Part shown: positions 33,247 to 42,510 of the stretch, piece by piece
How the letters are laid out: the number at the start of each line of letters is the position of its first letter
How positions within the stretch are numbered: position 1 is the stretch's first letter
Assembly: GCA_047602425.1 (NCBI GenBank)
Contig: JASGHG010000001.1
Location: 1,376,001-1,440,000 of the forward strand
DNA length: 64,000 nucleotides
Direction of reading: 5' to 3'
DNA from: Nibricoccus sp.
GTDB taxonomy: Bacteria > Verrucomicrobiota > Verrucomicrobiia > Opitutales > Opitutaceae
The notes under the pieces: generated by a model
Databases searched by the model: none
What the model was told of the DNA's origin: nothing
Seen by the model: only the letters and a program-made list of their open reading frames with translations
Program-made: the position numbers and the translations under genes

Positions 33247-33521
33247 TTAAGCTTCTTAGCACACCTCTCGGCGAGTACCCCCGCTTCGGTTTCCACTGAA
33301 GAACTTGTCGAAAGCTCTTAGTTAGTACCCCAACAACACCCCACCCCTTCAAAGCTCCCTGTTGCAAGGCATCGCATGATGGTTTGTGCAAGCGCGCGTG
33401 CGCGTGCGCACATGCAATCCCGTGGGCCGGCGGCAGGAAAAAATTCAGGCATACACCTGCCCTACCCCTTTCCGTATCAACCTAACCCCGGGAAGAAACG
33501 GAACGTTAAAACAACATGCAA

Positions 33522-34181
33522 ATGCTAACCCACATACACAGCCGCGTTCGATATGCGGTTCTCACCACGGCCCTCGTCGGCCTTTTCAGCGCTGCGCAAG
33601 CTGCCACTATCACGATCACCACCACGATCAACGTCGCGGCCGGTGCAACCTACGATGGCGGCGGCAACACCATCAAGGCGTCAGGAATGGGCGATGGCGG
33701 CCAAGGCGAAGGCCAGAAGCCGTTCTTCAAGCTCAATGCCGGCTCCACCGTCAAGAATGTCATCCTCGCCGCTCCCGGCGTCGACGGCATTCACTACTAC
33801 GGTAACGGCACGATCAACAACGTGACTTGGCAGGACGTTGGCGAGGACGCTTCGACCATCAAATCGGGCGGCACATGCACGATGAGCAGCAGCAAAGGAT
33901 CGTCGGCCTACGATAAGTTCGGCCAATGCAATGCCGCTGCCACCTGGACGCTCCAGAGCGTCACCGAGACAACTTGCGGCAAGGTCATCCGTCAGAACGG
34001 CGGCACGTCCTACACCTGCAAGTTCTACTACAACACGGTGAAGTCGGACAAGTGCAAGGAGGCGATCGGTCGCACCGATTCGTCCACCACGCGCTTCTAC
34101 TACCGCAGCCTGACTGTGACCAACTTCACAGGCAGCAATGGCTGGTGGTATGGACGCTCGTCCCAAGCATCCACCTACTGA
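33522..34181 (+). CDS. Secreted pectate lyase, polysaccharide lyase family 3 (copy 1)
   Basis: Signal ending AQA; GDGGQGEGQKPFF, DGIH, WQDVGEDA, AYDK, GKVIRQNGG, RTDSST as in Bacillus Pel-15-type PL3 enzymes; 219 aa from ATG 33522. Confidence 0.88.
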   Translation: MLTHIHSRVRYAVLTTALVGLFSAAQAATITITTTINVAAGATYDGGGNTIKASGMGDGGQGEGQKPFFKLNAGSTVKNVILAAPGVDGIHYYGNGTINNVTWQDVGEDASTIKSGGTCTMSSSKGSSAYDKFGQCNAAATWTLQSVTETTCGKVIRQNGGTSYTCKFYYNTVKSDKCKEAIGRTDSSTTRFYYRSLTVTNFTGSNGWWYGRSSQASTY

Positions 34182-34210
34182 GCTCCCCAAAGCAGCTTAA
34201 GTAGAACCAC

Positions 34211-34238
34211 GACACGCAGGGCTCCGGCCTTGCGTGTC
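34211..34238 (+). other. Stem-loop directly after pectate lyase 1
   Basis: GACACGCAGGG...CCTTGCGTGTC, no U-tract. Confidence 0.6.
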
Positions 34239-34267
34239 AGTGCCCTTCGGTTCCCAGGAATTTCAAA

Positions 34268-35467
34268 ATGCCCGTTCAATCCACCACCGCCAAAAATTCG
34301 CTTCGCTGGACGACTCTTCAGCTGCTGGCCATTGTGGCGACCAGCGGATTGCTCACTTTTTTTGGCGCCAGAGCGCTGTTCCGCGACGTGGCCTTTCACC
34401 CGTCGTCGGCAAAGTCGGACATCGCTGGCAATTCGACTGGCTTGGCCCATACGAGTCGCAATAACCAGTCCGTAGATTCAATCTCCGGCCACGCCCGCAC
34501 CGACTTTCCCGCCCAATGGACGCAACTCTGCGCGCAAGCGAACACTCCGCAGCGCGACCGCCAACTCGCCGCGTTGATCGAAGAACTCGCCAGGACCGAT
34601 CACAGTCGCGCCTTTTCCCTCGTCGATGCGGAGTCTAATTGGCGGCTTCGTGAGGAATTGCGCGACGCCGCGTTGCGTGGTTGGGCCTCGGCCGATCCCG
34701 ATGCCGCTGGCGACTGGGCGCTTCAGACACGCACCGAAGATCGCGTGCAAGCCGTGTCGGCCGTCCTCGCCGGTGCCGCCGCTCATCCCGAAAGCGCCGT
34801 CAAACTCGCGCTTCGCCTCTGCGCGGCGGACCCTGAGTCCGCAGGCGACTTCGGTCATGCGGCCGTCGCTGCATTATCCGAAAACGGAAACTTCGAATCC
34901 GCTGCCAGGTTTGGCCAGTCCGCCGGCATGGAAAAATATCCCTTTCTCCTCAGATCCGCCTTCTTCCAATGGGCGCGCAACCAGCCCAACAGTGCACTGG
35001 CCGCCGCCCAGCGTATCGAGAATCCCACTACGCGGGAACAAGTCGTCGCCGAGACTCTTGCCGGCTGGGCTTGGGCCGACGCCAAGGCGCTGGCCGAATA
35101 CGCCCGCACGTTGCCCGCCAGTGCCATTCGCGAAAAAGCCTTTGCCGAGGCCCTGCCTCAATGGGTCGAACGGGACCCCGATGCGGCCACAGCATGGATT
35201 AATAAACAGGATGCCGGGCCCGAATTCGACGCGGGCATCGAAACCGTCGCCAATCTCCAATCCATTATCACGGCGCATCCCGATACCGCGATGGCCCTCG
35301 CCGGCAGCATCTCCGATCCCGCCCGTCGCTCTCATGCATTGCGCGCCGTGTTCCGCCAATGGGCCACCAACAACCCCGACGCGGCCCGCGCCTACGTGAA
35401 CAAAGCCGGCGGCACCGCCGACTATGCCTTGCTCATGGACGAATTGAAGGACATGTCGCCGAACTAA
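34268..35467 (+). CDS. Hypothetical membrane-anchored Trp-rich helical-repeat protein (type A, copy 1)
   Basis: N-terminal hydrophobic helix; recurring W-x3-(D/Q/N)P-x-AA-x2-W units; ends ELKDMSPN like 42511..43713. Confidence 0.8.
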   Translation: MPVQSTTAKNSLRWTTLQLLAIVATSGLLTFFGARALFRDVAFHPSSAKSDIAGNSTGLAHTSRNNQSVDSISGHARTDFPAQWTQLCAQANTPQRDRQLAALIEELARTDHSRAFSLVDAESNWRLREELRDAALRGWASADPDAAGDWALQTRTEDRVQAVSAVLAGAAAHPESAVKLALRLCAADPESAGDFGHAAVAALSENGNFESAARFGQSAGMEKYPFLLRSAFFQWARNQPNSALAAAQRIENPTTREQVVAETLAGWAWADAKALAEYARTLPASAIREKAFAEALPQWVERDPDAATAWINKQDAGPEFDAGIETVANLQSIITAHPDTAMALAGSISDPARRSHALRAVFRQWATNNPDAARAYVNKAGGTADYALLMDELKDMSPN

Positions 35468-35510
35468 ACCGTTCTCCCAATAATTTTTCGCCAGCCCATC
35501 GTTTCCCGCC

Positions 35511-36665
35511 ATGCCAATTTCCCCCAATGTGCCACGCTGGAATACCCTCACTGTTGTCAGCAGCGCGGCATTGTCCGCGCTCCTCACCTTCGGCCTCGCT
35601 TGGCTCACTGCCGGAAATTCCACCGGCAAAACCCAACCAAAAACCGTTTCCGTCGCGTCATTTCAAAGCCGCAAGGTTCAGTCTTCCCAGGAAAACTGGA
35701 GCGATTCCTGGCATCAGCTGCAAAAGCAACCCGCCTGTGCCGTTCGCAATAAAGAGCTCGCTGCGATGCTCGAACAACTCGCCCGCACGGATCCCCAACG
35801 TGCCCTCGCGCTCGCCGAAGCTGAATCCAACTGGATTTTGCGCGACGAACTTCTCGACGCCGCCCTGCGCGGCTGGGGCGCCACCGCCCCCGACGCAGCT
35901 GCGGACTGGGCCATCAACCATCGCCTGGACCAACGCATGCGGTACGTCTCCGCCGTACTTTCCGGAGCCGTCGAACAACCCAGCGAAGCCGTGCGGGTCG
36001 CGCTCCGTGTCTGTAAAGCCGATCCCGGTCCCGCCGCGGATTACGGACATGCCTTGATCAACGCCCTCGTCGACAAGGTTGGCTCGTTCGCCGAGGCCAC
36101 CCGTTTCGCCTCCACCGTTGGCACCGACCGCCAGCAATTCCTGCTCGATTCCGCGTACTATCAATGGGCGAAGTACCAGCCGGAACAAGCGCTCGCCTCG
36201 CTAAACCAAATAACAGATCCAAACATCAAGGCTTCCGCTTACGAGGGCATGCTCGCGGGTTGGGCTGCTGCCGATGCCACCAAACTTGCTTCGCTCGCAC
36301 TGTCGATGCCGCCCGGCGAGGATCGTCTGAAGGCTTTCAACGTTGCCCTGCCCAAATGGATCGAGAAAGACCCGACCGCCGCTACCGAGTGGATCGGCAA
36401 TCAGGATCCCAGCCCCGACCTCAACGCCGGCGTCGCCGCCATCGCCACGCTTCCTTCGATGATCGCGCGGAATCCCCTGCTCTCGTTCGATTGGGCCGAC
36501 AGCATCACCGATTCCGCTCAACGCATCATGACGAAGCACGAAATTTTCACCCAATGGGCCCAAAAAGATTTCCCGGCCGCCGTCGAATATGCGCGCAACG
36601 TGAAAAATCCGGACGAACGCGACATGATGACTGAAGCCCTCGCCGGAATGCGCCAGGGCGGATAG
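35511..36665 (+). CDS. Hypothetical membrane-anchored Trp-rich helical-repeat protein (type B, copy 1)
   Basis: Paralog of type A (LARTDP..RAL...AE.NW.LR...AALRGW; C..DP..A.DYGH); N-terminal TM. Confidence 0.8.
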   Translation: MPISPNVPRWNTLTVVSSAALSALLTFGLAWLTAGNSTGKTQPKTVSVASFQSRKVQSSQENWSDSWHQLQKQPACAVRNKELAAMLEQLARTDPQRALALAEAESNWILRDELLDAALRGWGATAPDAAADWAINHRLDQRMRYVSAVLSGAVEQPSEAVRVALRVCKADPGPAADYGHALINALVDKVGSFAEATRFASTVGTDRQQFLLDSAYYQWAKYQPEQALASLNQITDPNIKASAYEGMLAGWAAADATKLASLALSMPPGEDRLKAFNVALPKWIEKDPTAATEWIGNQDPSPDLNAGVAAIATLPSMIARNPLLSFDWADSITDSAQRIMTKHEIFTQWAQKDFPAAVEYARNVKNPDERDMMTEALAGMRQGG

Positions 36666-36684
36666 AACCTCTTTCATTGCCCGT

Positions 36685-38790
36685 ATGCTCGGATCTAAAA
36701 TCACACCGCTCTTTATCGCCCTCGCTTCCCTCTTTCTCGTTGGTTCGTCATTTGCCGGCGATCCGCCGCCAGCCGTTGCGCCCGCACCGGCGACCAGTTC
36801 GCCGTTTCCGCTGCACAAGGCGGTTCAGGATGGCGACGCAGCAGCGGTCCGCTCGCTCCTGCGCACCCGTCCCGAACTAGTCCGCGCCGAGGACCCCGAT
36901 GGCGTCACGCCGCTGCTGGTTGCCGCGATGTTTGGCCGCGTGGAAATCGTGCGCCAACTTCTCGACGCCGGCGCTCCCGTCAATGCGGCGACCCGCGTCG
37001 ATGGCTCCACGCCGCTCTGCGTTGCCGCCTACCACGGTCATATCGAAACCGCGCGCCTGCTGATCGATGCCGGTGCCAAACTCGAAGTCCGCACCACCAA
37101 CAGCAATTCGACCCCGCTGCTCCTCGCCTCCGCCGGTGGCCAGCCTGCGATGATCGCATTTCTCAAGGAACGAGGCGCCAAAGATGACGTACTTGGCGCC
37201 GGCAATCTCAGCCCGCTCGCGACGGCTGCCGTCGAGGGCCAGACCGAAGTGGTCAAAAGCCTCGCGAAACCCGGACAGAATATCGATGCCCGAAACGAAT
37301 TCGGGCAAACGCCTCTCATGCTCGCCGCACGCGAAGGTCGCATGTCCGTGGTGCAAGTTCTCCTCGAACAAGGCGCCGATGTCACCGCCAAGGACCAGGA
37401 AGGCCTGACCGCACTCCACCTCGCCGCGAAGGAGGGCCATCACGACGTCGTCAGCGTCCTCATCGCCAACAAGGCATCCGTGAATGAACGCGATTTACGC
37501 GGGCGCACTCCTTTGTTCCTGGCGGCTTGGTATGGTTATGCGAATGCCGCCCGCGTGCTCTGCGAGCACAATGCCGAACTTAACGCTCGCGATGAAAAAA
37601 ATCGCACCCCGCTCTACATGGCCGCGTCCGACAATTCCGAAGCCGCCGCCTTCGTGCTCCTAGAAAAAGGCGCGTCGGTTGAAGACAAAATCGTCAATGG
37701 CCGCGACACGCTGTGCCCTCTCCGCACCGCCGCCTACGAGGGATATCTCGGAATCCTCAAGGCCCTTGTGGCCAAAGGGGCCGACGTAAACTGCAAACGT
37801 CTCGACGACGGTTTCACTCCGATCATTTTCGCTGCGCAGGGCGGGCATCTCGACGCCATCAAACATCTCGCCTCCAAGGGCGGCCGACTTGAGGAAACCA
37901 CCAAGGATGGACGCACCGCTCTCTGGCTTGCCGCCGAAAACGGCCATCTCGCCATCGTAAAATATTTCGCCGAAAAGAAATTCGATCTCGAAGTCCGCGA
38001 TGGCAACGGTCGCACCCCGCTTTTCGTCGCTGCGGAAATCGGTCATCACGCCGTTGTCCGCTATCTCCTCGAACAGGGCGCTAATCCCGAATCCCTTTCA
38101 AAAGATGGCCGCACCCCTTTGATGGTCGCTGCCAAGGGCGGTCATTTCGAGTGCGTCGACGCGCTCCTCGAAAAAGGCGCCAACATCGCCGTCCGCAGTC
38201 AAAATGGTCTCTCGCCGATTCTCATGGCGAGCGGAGCCGATGGACCGCACTACATTCTACCGCCAGAGGGTTCGTATCAAAACACGTTGAAACTCCTTCT
38301 CGAAAAAGGGGCGAATCTCGATGACCAAACGCCAGCCCACGAGTCCCCGCTTTTTCTCGCCGCGGAATCTGGTCGCCTTGAAATCGTCAAGGCCCTGCTC
38401 GAACTCGGCGTAAAGGTCGACGCCACCGACCTTGAAGGTCGCACCCCGCTTTATGCCGCCGCCCGACGAGGGAAAGCCGCCATTGTCCGTGCACTCCTAG
38501 ACAATGGCGCGAATCCAAATGCCACCATGATGCTGGGCGAATGCCCGCTCTACGTCGCTGCCGAGGCTGGCCACATCGAAGTCGTCAAGGCGCTTCTCGA
38601 TATGGGCGCCCAACATACCCTAACCACGCAACAGGGCATAACTCCCATTCTCATCGCGCACCAAAACGGCTACAAAGCCATCGTGCGCATGCTCGAACGC
38701 CGAGGCGCAAAATTGCCCGCGGCCGCACCCGCAGCGGCCAGCGCCACAACACAACCTTCAACCACCGCCAACACGGCTAAAGGTTCCTGA
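36685..38790 (+). CDS. Secreted long ankyrin-repeat protein (copy 1)
   Basis: Signal peptide ending SFA; many G-x-TPL-x2-AA-x2-G repeats. Confidence 0.92.
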   Translation: MLGSKITPLFIALASLFLVGSSFAGDPPPAVAPAPATSSPFPLHKAVQDGDAAAVRSLLRTRPELVRAEDPDGVTPLLVAAMFGRVEIVRQLLDAGAPVNAATRVDGSTPLCVAAYHGHIETARLLIDAGAKLEVRTTNSNSTPLLLASAGGQPAMIAFLKERGAKDDVLGAGNLSPLATAAVEGQTEVVKSLAKPGQNIDARNEFGQTPLMLAAREGRMSVVQVLLEQGADVTAKDQEGLTALHLAAKEGHHDVVSVLIANKASVNERDLRGRTPLFLAAWYGYANAARVLCEHNAELNARDEKNRTPLYMAASDNSEAAAFVLLEKGASVEDKIVNGRDTLCPLRTAAYEGYLGILKALVAKGADVNCKRLDDGFTPIIFAAQGGHLDAIKHLASKGGRLEETTKDGRTALWLAAENGHLAIVKYFAEKKFDLEVRDGNGRTPLFVAAEIGHHAVVRYLLEQGANPESLSKDGRTPLMVAAKGGHFECVDALLEKGANIAVRSQNGLSPILMASGADGPHYILPPEGSYQNTLKLLLEKGANLDDQTPAHESPLFLAAESGRLEIVKALLELGVKVDATDLEGRTPLYAAARRGKAAIVRALLDNGANPNATMMLGECPLYVAAEAGHIEVVKALLDMGAQHTLTTQQGITPILIAHQNGYKAIVRMLERRGAKLPAAAPAAASATTQPSTTANTAKGS

Positions 38791-38836
38791 ACTCTCGCGC
38801 CTTGGCCTAAGCTTGCCTGTGCCCGTTGAGGCGGTC

Positions 38837-41185
38837 TCACCGCAAACGTTCGAGGTTCTGTCGCGCCGGAAGATAATCCGGCTTCAACTGAAGTGCCTTC
38901 TCGTAACAATTCCGCGCCTCGTCAGACCGGCCCAACTGCACATAAACGTTGCCGAGTAAATAATGAGCCTTCGGCGAATCCGGTTTTAGCCGCACCGCCT
39001 CGGCCAGATGCGGCAGCGCGGCTCCGGACTTGCCTTGCATCGCGAGCATCGAGCCAAAATTCGTGCGCGACTCGACATGCTCGGGTCGAAGCCGAACCGC
39101 TTCCTCCCCGTAATGCATCGCCTCATCCAGTCGTCGCAGCTTCAGGTATGTGTTGCCCAGGTTGAAACAGACATCAGCCGAACTCGGCATGAGCCGGTAA
39201 GCCGCCTCGTATTGCACGGCCGCGCCGGCCAGATCGCCCTGCGCAGCGAGTGCATTGCCCAGGTTGTTTCGCGCTTCGAAATAGTCCGGCGTCAATCGAA
39301 GTGCCTCGCGAAAACAATCGGCCGCCTCCGCAATCCGCCCTTGTGCCTGTCGCGCGATACCCAGGTTCAAATGCGCCTCGGCAAAAGTCGGCTTGAGTCG
39401 CAACGCCTGTTCATACTCGCGGATCGCCTCGTCAGTTTTGTCCGACGCAAAAAGAACAATTCCGAGATTGCTGTGCGCCTCGGCATTTTCCGGCTTCAAT
39501 CGAATCGCCTCACGACCATGCGCGATCGCTTCCTCAAAACGGCCGGCCACAGGAAGCACAATGCAAAGATTGCTGTGCGCATCCGCATACTCCGGCCTTC
39601 GCTTCGCCGCGCCCTCGATCAGTTTCACGGCTTCCGCCGTCCGCCCCATCGAGTGGAAAAGCATGCCAAGGTTATTCGCCGCTTCCGGATCTTCGGGCTT
39701 GATCCGCAACGCCGCCTCGAAAGCACTCCGCGCCTCCTCCATCTTCCTCTGCGAAAGCAACGCAATACCAAGATTATTGTGCGCATCGAAGTACCCGTCA
39801 TCGAGTTTGAGCGCGGCTTTGTACCGGTCCAATGCCTCATCGGTCCGGCCCGCTTCGAACAGGACCCGCCCATGTGCACAAATGGCACGCGCATTCGATG
39901 GACAGTCGAGCGCCGTCTTGGACCAAAGTGTCAGTTCGTCTTTGAAGAGCGCGTTGCGATTGACGGTCATCACACCAAAAATAACCGCCACCGCCAGACC
40001 GACTGGCCAAACCCATCGGCCTGCCCACCGGTAACCCACCAGCACGAGCAAGAGCAGCACCGGCGCGAGGGGCAGATACATCCGGTGTTCCGCCATCGTC
40101 TGCGTCGCGATCGGCACCACGCTCGAACTCGGTGCCAGAATGATAAAAAACGCCAGCGCCGCCACGCTCCACAACCGCCCTTTCAAAAACCCCGCCACTG
40201 CACCGCAAAACACCGCGATCAAGAACAGCCCCTGCCAGAGCACCGCGCCGGGTTGAGTCACCAGTCCCCGTCCATAGTCGAAGACGAGCGGATTTGGCCA
40301 AACCACCAGCTTGAGGTAAATGACGATTGCCTTGCATTGCGTCAAAAGATACGACCACCAGGAAGCAGTGCCAAAACCCGCCGTCCCGCTTCGCTGATCC
40401 GCCTGCAAAATCAGCCAGCCCTGCAAAAGCCAGCTCGCCAACAAGCCGGCGTAAAGCCAGCGCCGGCGGCGCCATATCTCTGAAAAGCTCGCCGCCATAA
40501 GCGTTCGGTCGATGAGCAAAATCACCAGCGGCGCGGTCGCCGCGACTTCCTTCGTACCCACTCCGAACCAAACCGACGCAACCGCTCCCCACGCCCAAAA
40601 CTTCTCCGTCCGCCCGTTCTCCGCCGCACGCAAAAAGCAATAGACCGCCAGCAAGTAGAACAATGCCATCAAGGCCTCCACTCGCTGTACGATATAGGTG
40701 ACCGATTCCGTCTGCAATGGATGCACCGCCCAAAGCAGTGCGACCAGCCCCGCCAGCGGCGTCGCCGCCTTCCCGAAACAGCCGGCCAGCCTCGGCAGCA
40801 GCAAAATCCGCCGCACACCGCCAAACAGCGCCAGAGCCGCCGCCCCGTGAATCAGCACATTAACCAAGTGATACCCCCATGGCCTCAATTCGCCAAAAGC
40901 GTAGTTGGCCGCAAATGTAACGTTTGCCACCGGACGCCCGCTGACCGTGGTATCGAGTGGTGGGCGCAAAACCGCGCCCGGATTTCGCCACTCGCGCAGG
41001 GTCGGGTTGTTGATGATCGTCGGCCGGTCATCGAAAACCATTACCCCTTGAAAAGAGTTATGGTAAACAGAAGCTACTGCGACGATCAGGCAAAGCGCAA
41101 ACAACCACGTCTGCCAGCAAACGCGCGTGCCTGCTTCGCACGGGTTCACCGCAGACGCACGGGGTGAAATTCCTGCGTCAGACAT
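38837..41185 (-). CDS. TMTC-like GT-C membrane glycosyltransferase with 10 TPRs (copy 1)
   Basis: MVFDD, GRPV, YHLVNVLIH, HPLQTESVTYIVQR, AEHRMYLP, multiple TMs, ten 34-aa TPRs. Start set at ATG 41185. Confidence 0.82.
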   Translation of the reverse strand: MSDAGISPRASAVNPCEAGTRVCWQTWLFALCLIVAVASVYHNSFQGVMVFDDRPTIINNPTLREWRNPGAVLRPPLDTTVSGRPVANVTFAANYAFGELRPWGYHLVNVLIHGAAALALFGGVRRILLLPRLAGCFGKAATPLAGLVALLWAVHPLQTESVTYIVQRVEALMALFYLLAVYCFLRAAENGRTEKFWAWGAVASVWFGVGTKEVAATAPLVILLIDRTLMAASFSEIWRRRRWLYAGLLASWLLQGWLILQADQRSGTAGFGTASWWSYLLTQCKAIVIYLKLVVWPNPLVFDYGRGLVTQPGAVLWQGLFLIAVFCGAVAGFLKGRLWSVAALAFFIILAPSSSVVPIATQTMAEHRMYLPLAPVLLLLVLVGYRWAGRWVWPVGLAVAVIFGVMTVNRNALFKDELTLWSKTALDCPSNARAICAHGRVLFEAGRTDEALDRYKAALKLDDGYFDAHNNLGIALLSQRKMEEARSAFEAALRIKPEDPEAANNLGMLFHSMGRTAEAVKLIEGAAKRRPEYADAHSNLCIVLPVAGRFEEAIAHGREAIRLKPENAEAHSNLGIVLFASDKTDEAIREYEQALRLKPTFAEAHLNLGIARQAQGRIAEAADCFREALRLTPDYFEARNNLGNALAAQGDLAGAAVQYEAAYRLMPSSADVCFNLGNTYLKLRRLDEAMHYGEEAVRLRPEHVESRTNFGSMLAMQGKSGAALPHLAEAVRLKPDSPKAHYLLGNVYVQLGRSDEARNCYEKALQLKPDYLPARQNLERLR

Positions 41186-41438
41186 TGGGGTATTGGGGTG
41201 ACTAAGAGCACAGCGAAACGGCTGCCCGGAGCAAAACAAAATGACACCGATCGTCTTCCGTTTTTCCCGCGCCGGATTCAATTTTCGCCACAACTTAAAC
41301 CACTCATTACCGCCAACTCCATTTTTTCCAACGCCAGCCGCCGCGCTGGCCGAAGCACACGCACGCTTCACAAAACACGCGTCGTTTTCCTGCAAAAGAG
41401 AGGCCCGTTCTTACATAAATCTCGCTCTGAAAAGCAAC

Positions 41439-41511
41439 TGCGGACACCTGCCCGAAATTTTAACAACTATTTCCGCACGAACGTTGTTTTTCACTTGCGG
41501 ACACCTGTCAT
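41439..41511. promoter_or_regulatory. Paired TGCGGACACCTG operator-like sites, cassette 2 leader
   Basis: Exact 12-mer at 41439 and 41496 (57-bp spacing), the same geometry as cassette 1. Confidence 0.7.
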
Positions 41512-41779
41512 CTGGGCTTCTTACCCAGTCCTTCCGACGAATACCCCCGTTTCAGCCACCCACTGAAAATTTGTCGAAAGTCTTAGTTACAACCCCAACC
41601 CCACCCAACCCACCTACTGTTGTTAAGCATGCTTTTTCGTGCGCACCTCTGTCGAGTGTGCCTGCGTTTAGCCTGTTCGACAACGGCCGGATGTTCTTGG
41701 TCTGAGCTCCCACACCCCTCTCCGTAAAATCCTAACCCCAGGACTAACGGAATATCAGACCCAAAACATAACAAGGAAA

Positions 41780-42439
41780 ATGAAAACCCACATACACAGC
41801 CGCGTTCGCTTCGCGGTTCTCACTGCGGCCCTCGTCGGCCTTTTCACTGCTGCTCAAGCCGCCACCGTAACCATCACCACCACGATCGTCATCGCCGCTG
41901 GCGCCACCTATAATGGCAACGGCAACACGATCAAAGCGTCGGGCATGGGCGACGGCGGTCAGGGCGAAGGTCAGAAGCCATTCTTCCGCCTCAACGCGGA
42001 TTCCTGGCTCAAGAACGTCAAGCTCGCCGCCCCCGGTGTCGACGGCTGCCATTTCTATGGCAATGGCACGATGAACGAGGTCACCTGGCAGGACATCGGC
42101 GAAGACGCTCACACTGAAAAATCCGCGGGCAACTGCTGGGTTTCCGGTGGCGCGGCTTACAACGGTGCTGACAAGTGCGGCCAGGTTAACGCCGCTGGTT
42201 GGCTCACGCTGTACTACTTCTACACCAGCGTGTGCTTGAAGAACATCCGTCAAAACGGTGGCACCACCTACAAGTGCCAGTTCTACTACGACCACAACAC
42301 CGCCAACAAGACTGGCGAAGCCATTGGTCGCACCGACTCGTCCACGACGACGTTCGGCGTTCGTGGCATGACCGTGACGAGCTTCACGGGCAGCAAGGGC
42401 TGGTGGTATGGCCGCGATTCTCAGGCCTTCACCTACTAA
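41780..42439 (+). CDS. Secreted pectate lyase, polysaccharide lyase family 3 (copy 2)
   Basis: 219 aa, collinear with copy 1; GDGGQGEGQKPFF, WQDIGEDA, SGGAAY..ADK, KNIRQNGGTTYK. Confidence 0.88.
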   Translation: MKTHIHSRVRFAVLTAALVGLFTAAQAATVTITTTIVIAAGATYNGNGNTIKASGMGDGGQGEGQKPFFRLNADSWLKNVKLAAPGVDGCHFYGNGTMNEVTWQDIGEDAHTEKSAGNCWVSGGAAYNGADKCGQVNAAGWLTLYYFYTSVCLKNIRQNGGTTYKCQFYYDHNTANKTGEAIGRTDSSTTTFGVRGMTVTSFTGSKGWWYGRDSQAFTY

Positions 42440-42469
42440 TCCTTCGGCCTAAAAGCTGATCGTTTATTG

Positions 42470-42498
42470 CGCCTGGAGCCAAACAACGGCTCCAGGCG
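42470..42498 (+). other. Stem-loop directly after pectate lyase 2
   Basis: CGCCTGGAGCC-aaacaac-GGCTCCAGGCG. Confidence 0.65.
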
Positions 42499-42510
42499 TC
42501 TTCGTCTGTT

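Noticed and set aside
33386..33420. Alternating GC/GT run (GCGCGCGTGCGCGTGCGCAC) in leader 1
   Set aside because: Not conserved in leader 2, so no support for a function.
39008..40483. 491-aa plus-strand ORF
   Set aside because: Antisense shadow of the TMTC-like/TPR gene; no recognisable motifs, and such shadows are common at high GC.
41186..41395. Long N-terminal extensions given by the ORF track (also 49295-49504, 29095-29361, 43605-43736, 49113-49397)
   Set aside because: They overlap neighbouring genes or promoter regions and are absent from paralogs or known family starts.
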